Assembly: GCA_002269645.1 (NCBI GenBank)
Contig: NIVC01001335.1
Span: forward strand, 124,001 to 188,000
Origin: Macrostomum lignano
Lineage: Eukaryota
Reading direction: 5' to 3'
Length of the DNA: 64,000 nucleotides
Both the position numbers and the translations under genes were made by a program. Positions 27,605 through 62,454 of the stretch are shown piece after piece. The notes under the pieces are model-generated. The model had not been told where the DNA came from. It was given only the letters and a program-made list of their open reading frames with translations, and did not search any database. Each line of letters begins with the position of its first letter. Within the stretch, counting starts at the first letter, position 1.

Positions 27605-29660
27605 TCAAGAAGAGGGAAGAGAGAAGAGGGAAGAGAGAAGAGGGAAGAGAGTAGAGAGAAGAGGGAAGAGGGAAGAGGGAAGAGGGAAGAGAGAAGAGAG
27701 AAGAGGGAAGAGGGAAGAGAGAAGAGAGAAGAGAGAAGAGGGAAGAAGGAAGAGGGAAGAGAGTAGAGAGAAGAGGGAAGAGGGAAGAGGGAAGAGGGAA
27801 GAGGGAAGAGAGAAGAGGGAAGAGAGAAGAGAGAAGAGGGAAGAAGGAAGAGGGAAGAGAGTAGAGAGAAGAGGGAAGAGGGAAGAGGGAAGAGGGAAGA
27901 GGGAAGAGAGTAGAGAGAAGAGAGAAGAGGGAAGAAGGAAGAGAGAAGAGAGAAGAGGGAAGAGAGAAGAGAGAAGAGAGAAGAGGGAAGAGGGAAGAAG
28001 GAAGAGGGAAGAGAGAAGAGAGAAGAGGGAAGAGGGAAGAGGGAAGAGGGAAGAGGGAAGAGGGAAGAGAGAAGAGGGAAGAAGGAAGAGGGAAGAGAGA
28101 AGAGGGAAGAAGGAAGAGGGAAGAGAGTAGAGAGAAGAGGGAAGAGGGAAGAGGGAAGAGGGAGGAGAGAAGAGAGAAGAGGGAAGAGAGAAGAGGGAAG
28201 AAGGAAGAGGGAAGAGAGAAGAGAGAAGAGGGAAGAGGGAAGAGGGAAGAGGGAAGAGGGAAGAGAGAAGAGGGAAGAGAGAAGAGGGAAGAAGGAAGAG
28301 GGAAGAGAGTAGAGAGAAGAGGGAAGAGGGAAGAGGGAAGAGAGAAGAGGGAAGAAGGAAGAGGGAAGAGAGTAGAGAGAAGAGGGAAGAGGGAAGAGGG
28401 AAGAGGGAAGAGAGAAGAGAGAAGAGGGAAGAGAGAAGAGGGAAGAAGGAAGAGGGAAGAGGGAAGAAGGAAGAGGGAAGAGAGTAGAGAGAAGAGGGAA
28501 GAGGGAAGAGGGAAGAGGGAAGAGGGAAGAGGGAAGAGAGAAGAGGGAAGAGAGAAGAGGGAAGAGGGAAGAGGGAAGAGAGAAGAGAGAAGAGAGAAGA
28601 GGGAAGAAGGAAGAGGGAAGAGAGTAGAGAGAAGAGGGAAGAGGGAAGAGGGAAGAGGGAAGAGGGAAGAGAGAAGAGGGAAGAGAGAAGAGGGAAGAGA
28701 GAAGAGGGAAGAGGGAAGAGAGAAAAGAGAAGAGGGAAGAGAGAAGAGAGAAGAGGGAAGAATGAAGAGGGAAGAGAGTAGAGAGAAGAGGGAAGAGGGA
28801 AGAGGGAAGAGAGAAGAGGGAAGAGAGAAGAGGGAAGAAGGAAGAGGGAAGAGAGTAGAGAGAAGAGGGAAGAGGGAAGAGGGAAGAGAGAAGAGAGAAG
28901 AGGGAAGAAGGAAGAGGGAAGAGAGTAGAGAGAAGAGGGAAGAGGGAAGAGGGAAGAGGGAAGAGAGAAGAGAAGAGGGAAGAGAAGAGGGAAGAGATAA
29001 GAGAGAAAGAGGGAAGAGAAGAGAGAGAGAGAAGAGAAGAAGAAGAGAAGAGGGAGAGAGAGGAAGAGGGAAGAAGAGGGAAGAGGGAAGAGAGAAAGAG
29101 AAGAGAGAGAGGAAGAGAGGAGAGAGGGAAGAGAGAAGAGAGAGAGAAGAGAGAAGAGGGAAGAGGGAGAAGAGAGGAAGAGGAAGAGGGAAGAGAGAAG
29201 AGGAAGAAAGATAGAAGAGGGAAGAGGGAAGAGAGAAGAGGGAAGAGGGAAGAGGGAAGAGGGAAGAGGGAAGAGAGAAGAGAGAAGAGGGAAGAGGGAA
29301 GAGAGAAGAGAGAAGAGAGAAGAGGGAAGAGAGAAGAGGGAAGAAGGAAGAGGGAAGAGAGAAGAGGGAAGAGAGAAGAGGGAAGAGGGAAGAGAGAAGA
29401 GGGAAGAGGGAAGAGGGAAGAGAGAAGAGGGAAGAGAGAAGAGGGAAGAGGGAAAAGCGAAGAGGGAACAGAGAACAGAGAGGAGCAAGGGGAGGTGAAG
29501 GAATAAAGGAGAAGAGAGGAGGCGAGAGGAGGGATGAAATGGATGTAGGGAGAGAAGCGAGTGAAGAGGAGAGGAGAGAGAAGACGAGAGAAGAGAGGAG
29601 AGGAGAAAGGAGAAAGAGATAGCTAAGGAGAGCAGGGAGGGAGAAGAGAGTAAAGAAGAG
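27605..29660. repeat. About 2-kb polypurine tract of GGAAGAG/AGAAGAG heptamers
   Basis: Nearly pure A/G from 27605 to about 29455. Confidence 0.97.
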
Positions 29661-29920
29661 ACACAAGTCTTGAGCGGGCCGGATTGTTATTGTGAAGCTT
29701 CAAAAGACCGGAGGGCTGGATAGAGAGGTTTGCGGAAATTTCGCTTCCTTGACTTTAGCCTTATAGGAATGTAGGTCGTAAATAGTGTCAATGACAGGCT
29801 GCCAGACTTGCACAAGAAACACAGAAAAATCTACGCTCATAGCCACCGATATTCTTGACAGATAACGGCTGCCTGGCAACAATCTTTTTGTTGACAAAAT
29901 AAAATAGTTTAACCCCCCTG

Positions 29921-30072
29921 AGTGAGGGTCCGGGTGCTCAGAGCTTATCTCGGAGCCGCAGTGGGCGGACCCGCTGCCACTGCCAATACAAAAGGGTCAG
30001 TGAGGGTCCGGGTGCTCAGAGCTTATCTCGGAGCCGCAGTGGGCGGACCCGCTGCCACTGCCAATACAAAAG
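29921..30072. repeat. Tandem duplication, 78-bp period, 74 bp identical
   Basis: agtgagggtccggg...ccaatacaaaag starts at 29921 and 29999. Confidence 0.95.
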
Positions 30073-30145
30073 CTCTACCAGGTTGAGTAGAGCGGGGTGG
30101 AGCGAAGCAGAGCGCCCCCGAAACCGAAACCGAGACCGAAACGCC

Positions 30146-30499
30146 ATGCTGCGCCTCACCGCCGTTCTCGTCTGCTGCCTGCTGGGAGCCACGACTGCTC
30201 AGCGAACATTCTATTGCAACTCAACCGGGGTGGACAGCATCACTGACCCGGACTTCTTCCTGGTCACCCGGTTGGAAGGCGAGCCCGGGTGTGCGCTGAG
30301 CTGCGTCTTCAACGTGTCTTCCGTTGGCAAGAGCAGCAGCAGCAGCAGCGTGCTGCTTCACATCGAGGTGCTCAAAGTCGACATCAACTCAAACTCGTAT
30401 TTTTCCGTCGAAGGCTCCCGTGTGTACATCTCGAACGAGTACCGTGGCGGCCTGGCCAAAACCAGCTTGAACTTGATGACTCGGAGCGGATGGCTGGAG
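30146..30499 (+). CDS. CUB-like/C-type lectin TM receptor exon 1 (signal peptide and CUB-like domain)
   Basis: ATG at 30146 gives MLRLTAVLVCCLLGATTA (signal peptide), then FYC..ITDPDF..C.F.V..VLLHIEVLKV..YFSVEG..LMTRSGWLE, a CUB-like beta pattern. Donor GAG|GTGATA at 30500. Confidence 0.75.
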
Positions 30500-30638
30500 G
30501 TGATACTCATAGAAGTCAATTCAAAGTATTTATTGTCGCTCTTCAAAAGTGCTCAAGTGACGTTGGCAATTGAGAATTCGAATAGTTGCGATGCAGAGCC
30601 GAAATTTTAAACAAAATACTTATTAAATACCGCCGCAG

Positions 30639-30982
30639 GTGAAGTCCCACTCCAGGAGCCCGAATTTATGCAGCTCAGCGGAGGTGCGCATGCGAGTTCG
30701 AGCTGTGCCGAGGACCGACTGTCCGCCCAACTGGCAGCTGCTGAACGGCACCTGCTTCGGTGCCAGCAGCCTCAGCGGTTGGCTGAACTTCCGTGACGCG
30801 CAGCAGGCCTGCAGAAACCTGCAGACGAATCTGCTGCACGTGCCGGCCAACTTTTCTGGTCAGCTGGGCGACTTGATGGGCCAGCTGAAGGCCAACCTGA
30901 CGGCCAGCTATTCGTGGATCGGCCTGACGGACATCGCGGTGCGGAACCGGCTCGTCTGGCTGAACCGCAGCCGTCTGCACTC
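30639..30982 (+). CDS. CUB-like/C-type lectin receptor exon 2 (CTLD N-terminal half)
   Basis: Acceptor ccgccgCAG|, phase 0. Reads CPPNWQLLNGTCF...FRDAQQAC...SWIGLTD...VW, the classic CTLD signature. Donor TC|GTGAGT at 30983. Confidence 0.88.
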
Positions 30983-31067
30983 GTGAGTGACTGGCGCCAC
31001 GGGGTCCTTTCATTATCCGGGATTAAAGTTACAGATGTTGGGATTAGATGACGCAAAAAACTGATGC

Positions 31068-31310
31068 TTAGATGCTGTCCTAATCTAAGGATTAGATGCT
31101 GTCCTAATCTGAGGATTAGCTGCTGTCCTAATCTGAGGATTAGATGCTGTCCTAATCTGAGGATTAGCTGCTGCCCTACTCTGAGGATTAGTTGCTGCCC
31201 TAATCTGATGATTAGCTGCTGCCCTAATCTGAGGATTAGATGCTGCCCTAATCTAAGGATTAGATGCTGTCCTAATCTGAGGATTGGATGCTGTCCTAAT
31301 CTGAGGATTA
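31068..31310. repeat. 24-bp intronic minisatellite GATTAGATGCTGTCCTAATCTGAG
   Basis: About 10 copies in lectin intron 2. Confidence 0.93.
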
Positions 31311-31602
31311 GAACTTTGAATGAAGGCCCAGCACCAGGAGGGTGTAGCCCAGTGGTCTGGCGAGGCGCTCTGATGCGCGAGCTCCCCAATTGGCGCAGTG
31401 AAGTGTGCATGCCTAACGATAATTAAAGTTAGGACCGCTGTACACTCCTGTGTGAGTGTGTGCCTGCTCAGGGGAGTCGGCGGAATGGGCAGTAATGCTT
31501 CACGTCGGTGCACAACGCCAGACTAAAACGTAGCTTTAAAGTTCAAAGATTTCTTGTCCTAAGCCTCTCTAACACGTCCAAATACGCGTCCCTGCACCGC
31601 AG

Positions 31603-31891
31603 AGGTGCCACCATCGGGTGCACCGGCAGATACTGCGACGACAGCACCAGGTGCGCGACAGCGATTTACCCATCGAACCGGACGGTCTACAAGGCTGACT
31701 GCGCCCAGCGCAGGCCGTACATCTGCTACATGCCGCCTGGGGGAGCGCACGATCTCTACAGAGTGCCATGGACTCCAGATCCCACACCGGACCCGATCAC
31801 CAGCGGCGGATTTCAATGGTGGCACGTGCCAGTCGGCCTGATCGGTTGCGTCATTTTATTCGGCGTGGTCTGCTACGGCAGCAAGCGGAAG
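31603..31891 (+). CDS. CUB-like/C-type lectin receptor exon 3 (CTLD end, stalk, TM)
   Basis: Acceptor gcaccgCAG| completes phase 2 as TCA. Reads CATAIY...KADCAQRRPYIC, a Pro/Thr stalk, TM WWHVPVGLIGCVILFGVVCYG and SKRK. Either the donor AAG|GTGCGA is used or reading continues to the stop at 31921. Confidence 0.85.
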
Positions 31892-32049
31892 GTGCGAGTT
31901 ATCAGAGTCATTTATGAGTGAGGACTTCAGCTGCGACCTGACTGGGCCGCCGTTGACGCAACAGAAACTGCTCAGATGTCGTGATGCGCTGTAACTAATT
32001 TGATCAGAACACTATTGAATTGAGATGGTTATTAATCTCGCCTTTGATG

Positions 32050-32725
32050 ACAGGTCGTTGCCCTCTCCATAGCAGACCATATGATGCCTGATCTGGTCAT
32101 TGCCCTCTCCATAGCAGACCATATGATGCCTGATCTGGTCATTGCCCTCTCCATAGCAGACCATATGATGCCTGATCTGGTCATTGCCCTCCCATAGCAG
32201 ACCATATGATGCCTGATCTGGTCATTGCCCTCCCATAGCAGATCATATGATGCCGGATCTGGTCATTGCCCTCCCCATAGCAGATCATATGATGACTGAT
32301 CTGGTCATTGCCCTCCCCATAGCAGATCATATGATGCCGGATCTGGTCATTGCCCTCCCATAGCAGACCATATGATGCCTGATCTGGTCATTGCCCTCCC
32401 ATAGCAGATCATATGATGCCTGATCTGGTCATTGCCCTCCGCATAGCAGATCATATGATGACTGATCTGGTCATTGCCCTCCCATAGCAGACCATATGAT
32501 GCCTGATCTGGTCATTGCCCTCCCATAGCAGATCATATGATGCCTGATCTGGTCATTGCCCTCCCATAGCAGATCATATGATGCCTGATCTGGTCATTGC
32601 CCTCCCCATAGCAGATCATATGATGCCGGATCTGGTCATTGCCCTCCCCATAGCAGATCATATGATGCCGGATCTGGTCATTGCCCTCCCCATAGCAGAT
32701 CATATGATGCCTGATCTGGTCATTG
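32050..32725. repeat. 41-42-bp minisatellite CCATAGCAGATCATATGATGCCTGATCTGGTCATTGCCCTC
   Basis: About 16 copies. Confidence 0.95.
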
Positions 32726-33207
32726 AATAAAGCTGTTATAAAAAGAAGACAACGCAAAGAGGAGACAGTATTAGTCACATGTCACAATTGCTAGCTAACC
32801 AGTGTGAAGCAAATTCAAAGACACATTTTGGCCACCCGTGCCGCCAACAAGTAGCTTTTTGCCAATAAATAAACGAGTGAAACTATATTAATAATCATAA
32901 ATAATAGTTTTCGGTAAAATTATGTTAATTGAGAAAAACATATTTAATACACACAAACTATTTAAATTATTTTATACAGAGAGCCTTAGACACTGCCAAT
33001 ATGCACTAATGTACTAATGCACTAATACACTAAAAAAGTTTACCACCATGACTCAACAGGAACTGTACTACGGCCAGTACACACTGAATGACAATCAGTC
33101 AGTCTGGATAAAAAATCACAAAATGATAATGCCCGATTGTTTCGCTGTCATTGCATATTGCAGAACAGGCAAACTTTGACAAATGACTTGCGCAATTTTT
33201 TTCTCAG

Positions 33208-33342
33208 TACGAGCGCTACACCGACAGAAAGCGGGATCAGTTGCGCCAGATCGTCAAAGATCTCACATTTACTACTCAGTTAAAAATGAGTAGCTTTATT
33301 GGGAGCATTCGAGCACTGTGCTTTGCTGCGCGCTGCGAGTGA
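33208..33342 (+). CDS. Possible terminal exon of the lectin receptor (cytoplasmic tail)
   Basis: ttttttctcAG| acceptor, phase 0 compatible with the 31891 donor. Reads YERYTDRKRDQLRQIVKDLTFTTQ...ARCE*. No homology support. Confidence 0.3.
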   Translation, partial: YERYTDRKRDQLRQIVKDLTFTTQLKMSSFIGSIRALCFAARCE

Positions 33343-33419
33343 ACACTTCAGATACCTCATGTATATATAGCTCAGTTTTCTATTGTGCTTTTAACGTTTC
33401 TTCTTGGTAAGAACGTCGA

Positions 33420-34255
33420 TAAGGTGAGAGGGAGAGGTGAGAGAGGAGAGGTGAGAGGTGAAAGGGAGATTAGAGAGCGATAGTTGAGAGGGAGAGGTGA
33501 GAGGGAGAAGTGAGTGAGAGAGTTGAGAGAAGATGTGAGAGAGAGGTGAGAGGGAGAGGTGATAGGGAGAGTTGAGAGAAGATGTGAGAGAGAGGTGAGA
33601 GGAAGAGGTGAGAGGAAGATTAGATAGCGATAGGTGAGAGGAAGAGGTGAGAGGGAGATTAGAGAGCGATAGGTGAGAGGGAGGGGTGAGAGGGAGAGGT
33701 GAGAGGTGAGAGGGAGAGGTGAGAGGGAGAGGTGAGAGGGAGAGGTGAGAGGTGAGAGGGAGAGGTGAGAGGGAGGGGTGAGAGGGAGAGGTGAGAGGTG
33801 AGAGGGAGAGGTGAGAGGGAGAGGTGAGAGGTGAGAGGGAGAGGTGAGAGGGAGAGGTGAGAGGGAGAGGTGAGAGGTGAGAGGGAGAGGTGAGAGGGAG
33901 AGGTGAGAGGTGAGAGGGAGAGGTGAGAGAAGATGTGAGAGAGAGGTGAGAGGAAGAGGTGAGAGGAAGATTAGATAGCGATAGGTGAGAGGAAGAGGTG
34001 AGAGGGAGATTAGAGAGCGATAGGTGAGAGGGAGGGGTGAGAGGGAGAGGTGAGAGGTGAGAGGGAGAGGTGAGAGGGAGGGGTGAGAGGGAGAGGTGAG
34101 AGGTGAGAGGGAGAGGTGAGAGGTGAGAGGGAGAGGTGAGAGGGAGAGGTGAGAGGGAGATTAGAAAGCGATAGGCGAGAGGGAGAGGTGAGAGGGAGAG
34201 GTGAGAGGGAGATTAGAGAGCGATAGATGAAAAAGAGGTGAGAGGGAGGGTGAGA
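33420..34255. repeat. 13-bp purine-rich minisatellite GAGAGGGAGAGGT
   Basis: Directly visible. Confidence 0.93.
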
Positions 34256-34457
34256 ACCCATGAGCGAAGGCAGCACATGCACTACGCCAGCACAAAGCAG
34301 GGTGCAGTAGGGTCAGCAAATCCAGATGAAACAATTAAGATCCACGGTCCGGGTTGCCAGGTGGCCAGTGAACTGCTGCTAAGGCGGAGAGCTAAAGAGT
34401 AAAAAGTGAACAGAGTATTATTGAAAGCACCTTAGCTAAGAAGCCGGTATCAGCAAC

Positions 34458-35099
34458 TCAGTAGCCTTTTTTAGATTTCCACCCGTTGGGCAGCAGGCTG
34501 TCCCGCAGGTTGTTCAGAAAGTACAGCAGGCCGCGCCGGCGGCCTTTCAAATAGGCGCTGACGAAATGCGACGATGAGCCGCCGTCAGCGTACAGCACGC
34601 CGGAGGAGCCGGGCATCATCAGGTGGGAGCGCTCCTCAGTCTGGGGCAGCACCAGCTCGTTGGCGCTGAGGGAGATCACCAGCAGGAACGGGGCCGGCCA
34701 GACCAGGAAGGTGAAGAAGGCCAGCACCTCAAGGAAAGGCCGGTAGGCTTCGGCGAAGTAGGCGAATGCCAGGTAATGATGCGCCAGCAGCAGCAGGGCA
34801 GACAGGATGAAGCTGGGCGAGCTGAACTGGAATCCCGGATACGTTTTCAGCAGGCTGGCGTACAGCAGGTGAGCCAGGACGCCAACAGCAATCAGGCTCC
34901 ACCAGGCGTCCTCTAGGAGCAGCAGAGCGGCGTGCAAAGCCAGCGTGCCGATGATGAGCCAGCGGATGAGCTTGCAGGTGAACACGGTGTACTCCTCCAC
35001 CAGCTCAGCCAGGTAGTACAGGCCCACGGCAAAGCAGAACAGAAAGGCTGCGGCGTAGAATGCGTAGGCGGCCCAGCCGAGGCACCACAGCAGCCACAT
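34458..35099 (-). CDS. TEX261: TEX261 / Svp26 (Erv26) family multi-pass ER-Golgi cargo adaptor, intronless, 213 aa
   Basis: Contains GLYYLAELVEEYTV, FSSPSFILS, HYLAF.YF and FL..ISLSANELVLP, plus a C-terminal VSAYLKGRRRGLL..L..SLLP matching the family. Ends KKGY (KKxx). Confidence 0.95.
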   Translation of the reverse strand: MWLLWCLGWAAYAFYAAAFLFCFAVGLYYLAELVEEYTVFTCKLIRWLIIGTLALHAALLLLEDAWWSLIAVGVLAHLLYASLLKTYPGFQFSSPSFILSALLLLAHHYLAFAYFAEAYRPFLEVLAFFTFLVWPAPFLLVISLSANELVLPQTEERSHLMMPGSSGVLYADGGSSSHFVSAYLKGRRRGLLYFLNNLRDSLLPNGWKSKKGY

Positions 35100-36018
35100 T
35101 TGTTGCGGTGGGGGTCAACTGAGGTCAAATTTTTATGGAGCTTCACTTGGGCTCTGGCAGATTTATACTACAGAAAGCAGTATGCAGAGTGATTTAAGCA
35201 TCAAATTTAGTAGGTTTTCTTCTATGCTTATTGGCTCCAGCAGCTTAAAATTGATTTCAGGATTGCCTGCGTGAAAGTTAGACGAGAAGTTGCCCCCCCC
35301 CTTGGCAACCCCCCCAAGGCACAAGGAGTGTACAGGCCGTGTGAGCGTGTGTATGGGTATTACTATTATTATAAACATTACTACTATTATTATTATACAC
35401 AGGGGAAGAAGAGTTCACTAATCTAATAGAATAGTTATAGAATTAAAAGAAAAACGCAGTAGGCAGTTCTTGAAGTAGACATTAAAGCTTAGTTTCTGTG
35501 CTAAACTCATTTTTTTGATTATATTTAATTCAGGAGCAGCCATGCCGAATACTTTAACATTAACTAAGCAGTGAGAAGTACATTATAGACTTTAAACCTG
35601 TAGCCTTCACTTAGGCAATAAATTTCAACAATCTGTGAGGTCTCCATGGTTCCGCATCTGGGAGAGGTTGAACTAAAAACTCTTGACGCTTATGTTAGCA
35701 TCGCCTAAATATGACTCTAATTAAGAATCTCAATCTGAACATTGCAACCAGAATGCTGCAGTGATCACAGTGGCCAAGGCAGATCACAGTTAAAGTACAC
35801 GGTGTACCCAGCGCCGCTCTGCTACTTAGGTAATGGGTAATAAAATTGATCGGTTAAAGTGCAGTCTTGAGAAACATGATTAACCTGAAGGGCAGAGCTG
35901 CTTAACTGATTGCGAATTGCTAAATTCGAATGGAGAGCTGCGATTGCGCAAAATTTTAATACCAGAGTTGCTAGGGTTCCCCCGAATTCGATTCCCAGGG
36001 CACCGAATGTGTAGTGAA

Positions 36019-36065
36019 CTGACTAACTAACTAACTAACTAACTAACTAGCTAACTAACTGACTG

Positions 36066-36124
<59 letters not shown>

Positions 36125-36153
36125 GACTAACTAACTAGGTAACTAACTAACTC

Positions 36154-36184
<31 letters not shown>

Positions 36185-36315
36185 GACTAACTAACTGACT
36201 AACTAACTGACTAACTAACTCACTAACTAACTAACTAACTAACTGACTAACTAACTAACTAACTCACTAACTAACTAACTGACTAACTAACTAACTAACT
36301 AACTACGAGTAACTG

Positions 36316-36350
<35 letters not shown>

Positions 36351-36363
36351 GACTAACTAACTG

Positions 36364-36398
<35 letters not shown>

Positions 36399-36501
36399 GA
36401 CTAACTAACTCACTAACTAACTAACTAACTAACTGACTAACTAACTAACTCACTCACTAACTAACTAACTGACTAACTAACTAACTAACTACGAGTAACT
36501 G

Positions 36502-36544
<43 letters not shown>

Positions 36545-36589
36545 CACTGACTAACTAACTAACTAACTAACTAACTGACTAACTAACTG

Positions 36590-36622
<33 letters not shown>

Positions 36623-36653
36623 CTAACTAACTAACTAACTGACTAACTAACTG

Positions 36654-36684
<31 letters not shown>

Positions 36685-36831
36685 GACTAACTAACTCACT
36701 AACTAACTAACTAACTAACTGACTAACTAACTAACTCACTCACTAACTAACTAACTGACTAACTAACTAACTAACTAACTACGAGTAACTGACTAACTAA
36801 CTAACTAACTAACTAACTGACTAACTAACTG

Positions 36832-36874
<43 letters not shown>

Positions 36875-37005
36875 GACTAACTAACTCACTAACTAACTAA
36901 CTAACTGACTAACTAACTAACTCACTCACTAACTGACTAACTAACTAACTCACTCACTAACTAACTAACTGACTAACTAACTAACTAACTAACTACGAGT
37001 AACTG

Positions 37006-37056
<51 letters not shown>

Positions 37057-37097
37057 CACTGACTAACTAACTAACTAACTAACTGACTAACTAACTG

Positions 37098-37128
<31 letters not shown>

Positions 37129-37141
37129 GACTGACTAACTG

Positions 37142-37192
<51 letters not shown>

Positions 37193-37193
37193 C

Positions 37194-37224
<31 letters not shown>

Positions 37225-37345
37225 CACTAACTAACTAACTAACTAACTCACTAACTAACTAACTGACTAACTAACTGACTAACTAACTAACTAACTAACT
37301 GACTAACTAACTAACTAACTACGAGTATCTGACTAACTAACTAAA
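36019..37345. repeat. (CTAA)n microsatellite, (TTAG)n on the minus strand
   Basis: About 330 units with CTGA, CTCA and ACGAGT variants. Confidence 0.97.
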
Positions 37346-38140
37346 TTTAAACTAAAAAACAAACAAATTTTTACGACTTTTTTAAAACAAGAATTGCACT
37401 CGCAGCTCCCAATCCGGCAGGTAGTCTTCCTGCAGCTCAGAGGTGACACGAAAAATCGAGCTGATTTTAAACAGCGATAAAAGCAAATTCAATTTAAGTC
37501 CGTGCATCGCAGACAGAAAACTAACTAAAACGAAAATTGGGTGCATCGTCTTAAAAAGCAAATTTTAGCTTGTCAATAAATATACGGCACTCTATAAACA
37601 CTATTGCAAGGTTAATATTGCCAAATATGTCATAGTGAAGTACTTCACTAATTTCAAGGGTTAAAAATAAATGAATAAAACGGTTGCTATGGAAACAGAA
37701 GAAAAAGCAGTTACTAGAATGCAACAACAGACTGTGCTACTGTGCACAGAACAATAGCAGTCTTTATCAAAATACGCTTTAAAAGAGATTTTACAAAACT
37801 AAAACTGACTACTGACCAGCAACGCTAGTGTGAGTAGTATATAGAGGAGATGAAAAATTTACTATGAAAATGTATCAAATATAAAGACTAGATTGCAGCG
37901 CGGGCTAATAAGAACAGACCATGCTAGCTAAAAAAAGATATAATTCAATAACAGCTAAAAATAATGAATAAAATATGTAAAATTTAAAAGACTAAAAAAG
38001 CCAGCTAGACTAGACAGACGGACAGACGCAAAGCTGATACGCAGGTAGGAGAAAAAAGTGATAAAATTGAAAAAAGGAAGGGGATGGTGGACAATGTACA
38101 TGCGCGGGGGGGGGCTTCGATCTCGAGGTTCAAGTAGCCG

Positions 38141-61433
<23,293 letters not shown>

Positions 61434-61484
61434 CTGCGGGTAGTCGGTGGGCTTTCATGTTAATTGCAATTTTGGCACTGATCT

Positions 61485-61950
<466 letters not shown>

Positions 61951-62454
61951 TCCTGAGCACCCGCATTGTCGTGAGCAGTGTCCGAGCAGAGAACACCCAA
62001 ACCTCCCATCCGAGTCATCAATCAGTTTTGCCAAAACCCGGCCCCACAACAGCCATCGTGCTTCAGCTCTCTGTCAGCTTCCTGAGCTCCACAGGAAGCT
62101 GGCGTCGAAACTAAAAGTGCACAGCAGAGGCGGAGGGTTGAAACTGCCCACAACCCCCCTCGCCCTGCCCAACCACCTACAGACCAACATCGACGCCCTG
62201 AGCTCATAAATCAATTAGCGGCAGGGAGGCAGAAGGGCAGTCAAGCTGGCTATTATAATAATCAAATAAAAGCTTCAGGGTGCCAGCAGGCCTGCTGGGA
62301 CACAAAACTACACAAACCCGATGGAGAATAGCACACAGAATGTAATTGCACTGAAATCTATAAACAGATATTTGACAAGCCAGCAATGAGTCTATCCATA
62401 ACTACAGAGATTTTTCTCTTAAAGAGATTTTCATTTTCGAAAAATGAGGATCTG

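Noticed and set aside
30500-30638. Read-through of the 175-aa ORF to 30610 as the full protein
   Set aside because: Splicing 30499 to 30639 joins the CUB-like and CTLD halves in frame, and the skipped sequence is AT-rich and intron-like.
35970-36005. tRNA T-loop-like TTCGATTCCC (and A-box-like GGTGGCGCAG near 46758)
   Set aside because: No cloverleaf and no matching partner box at the proper spacing.
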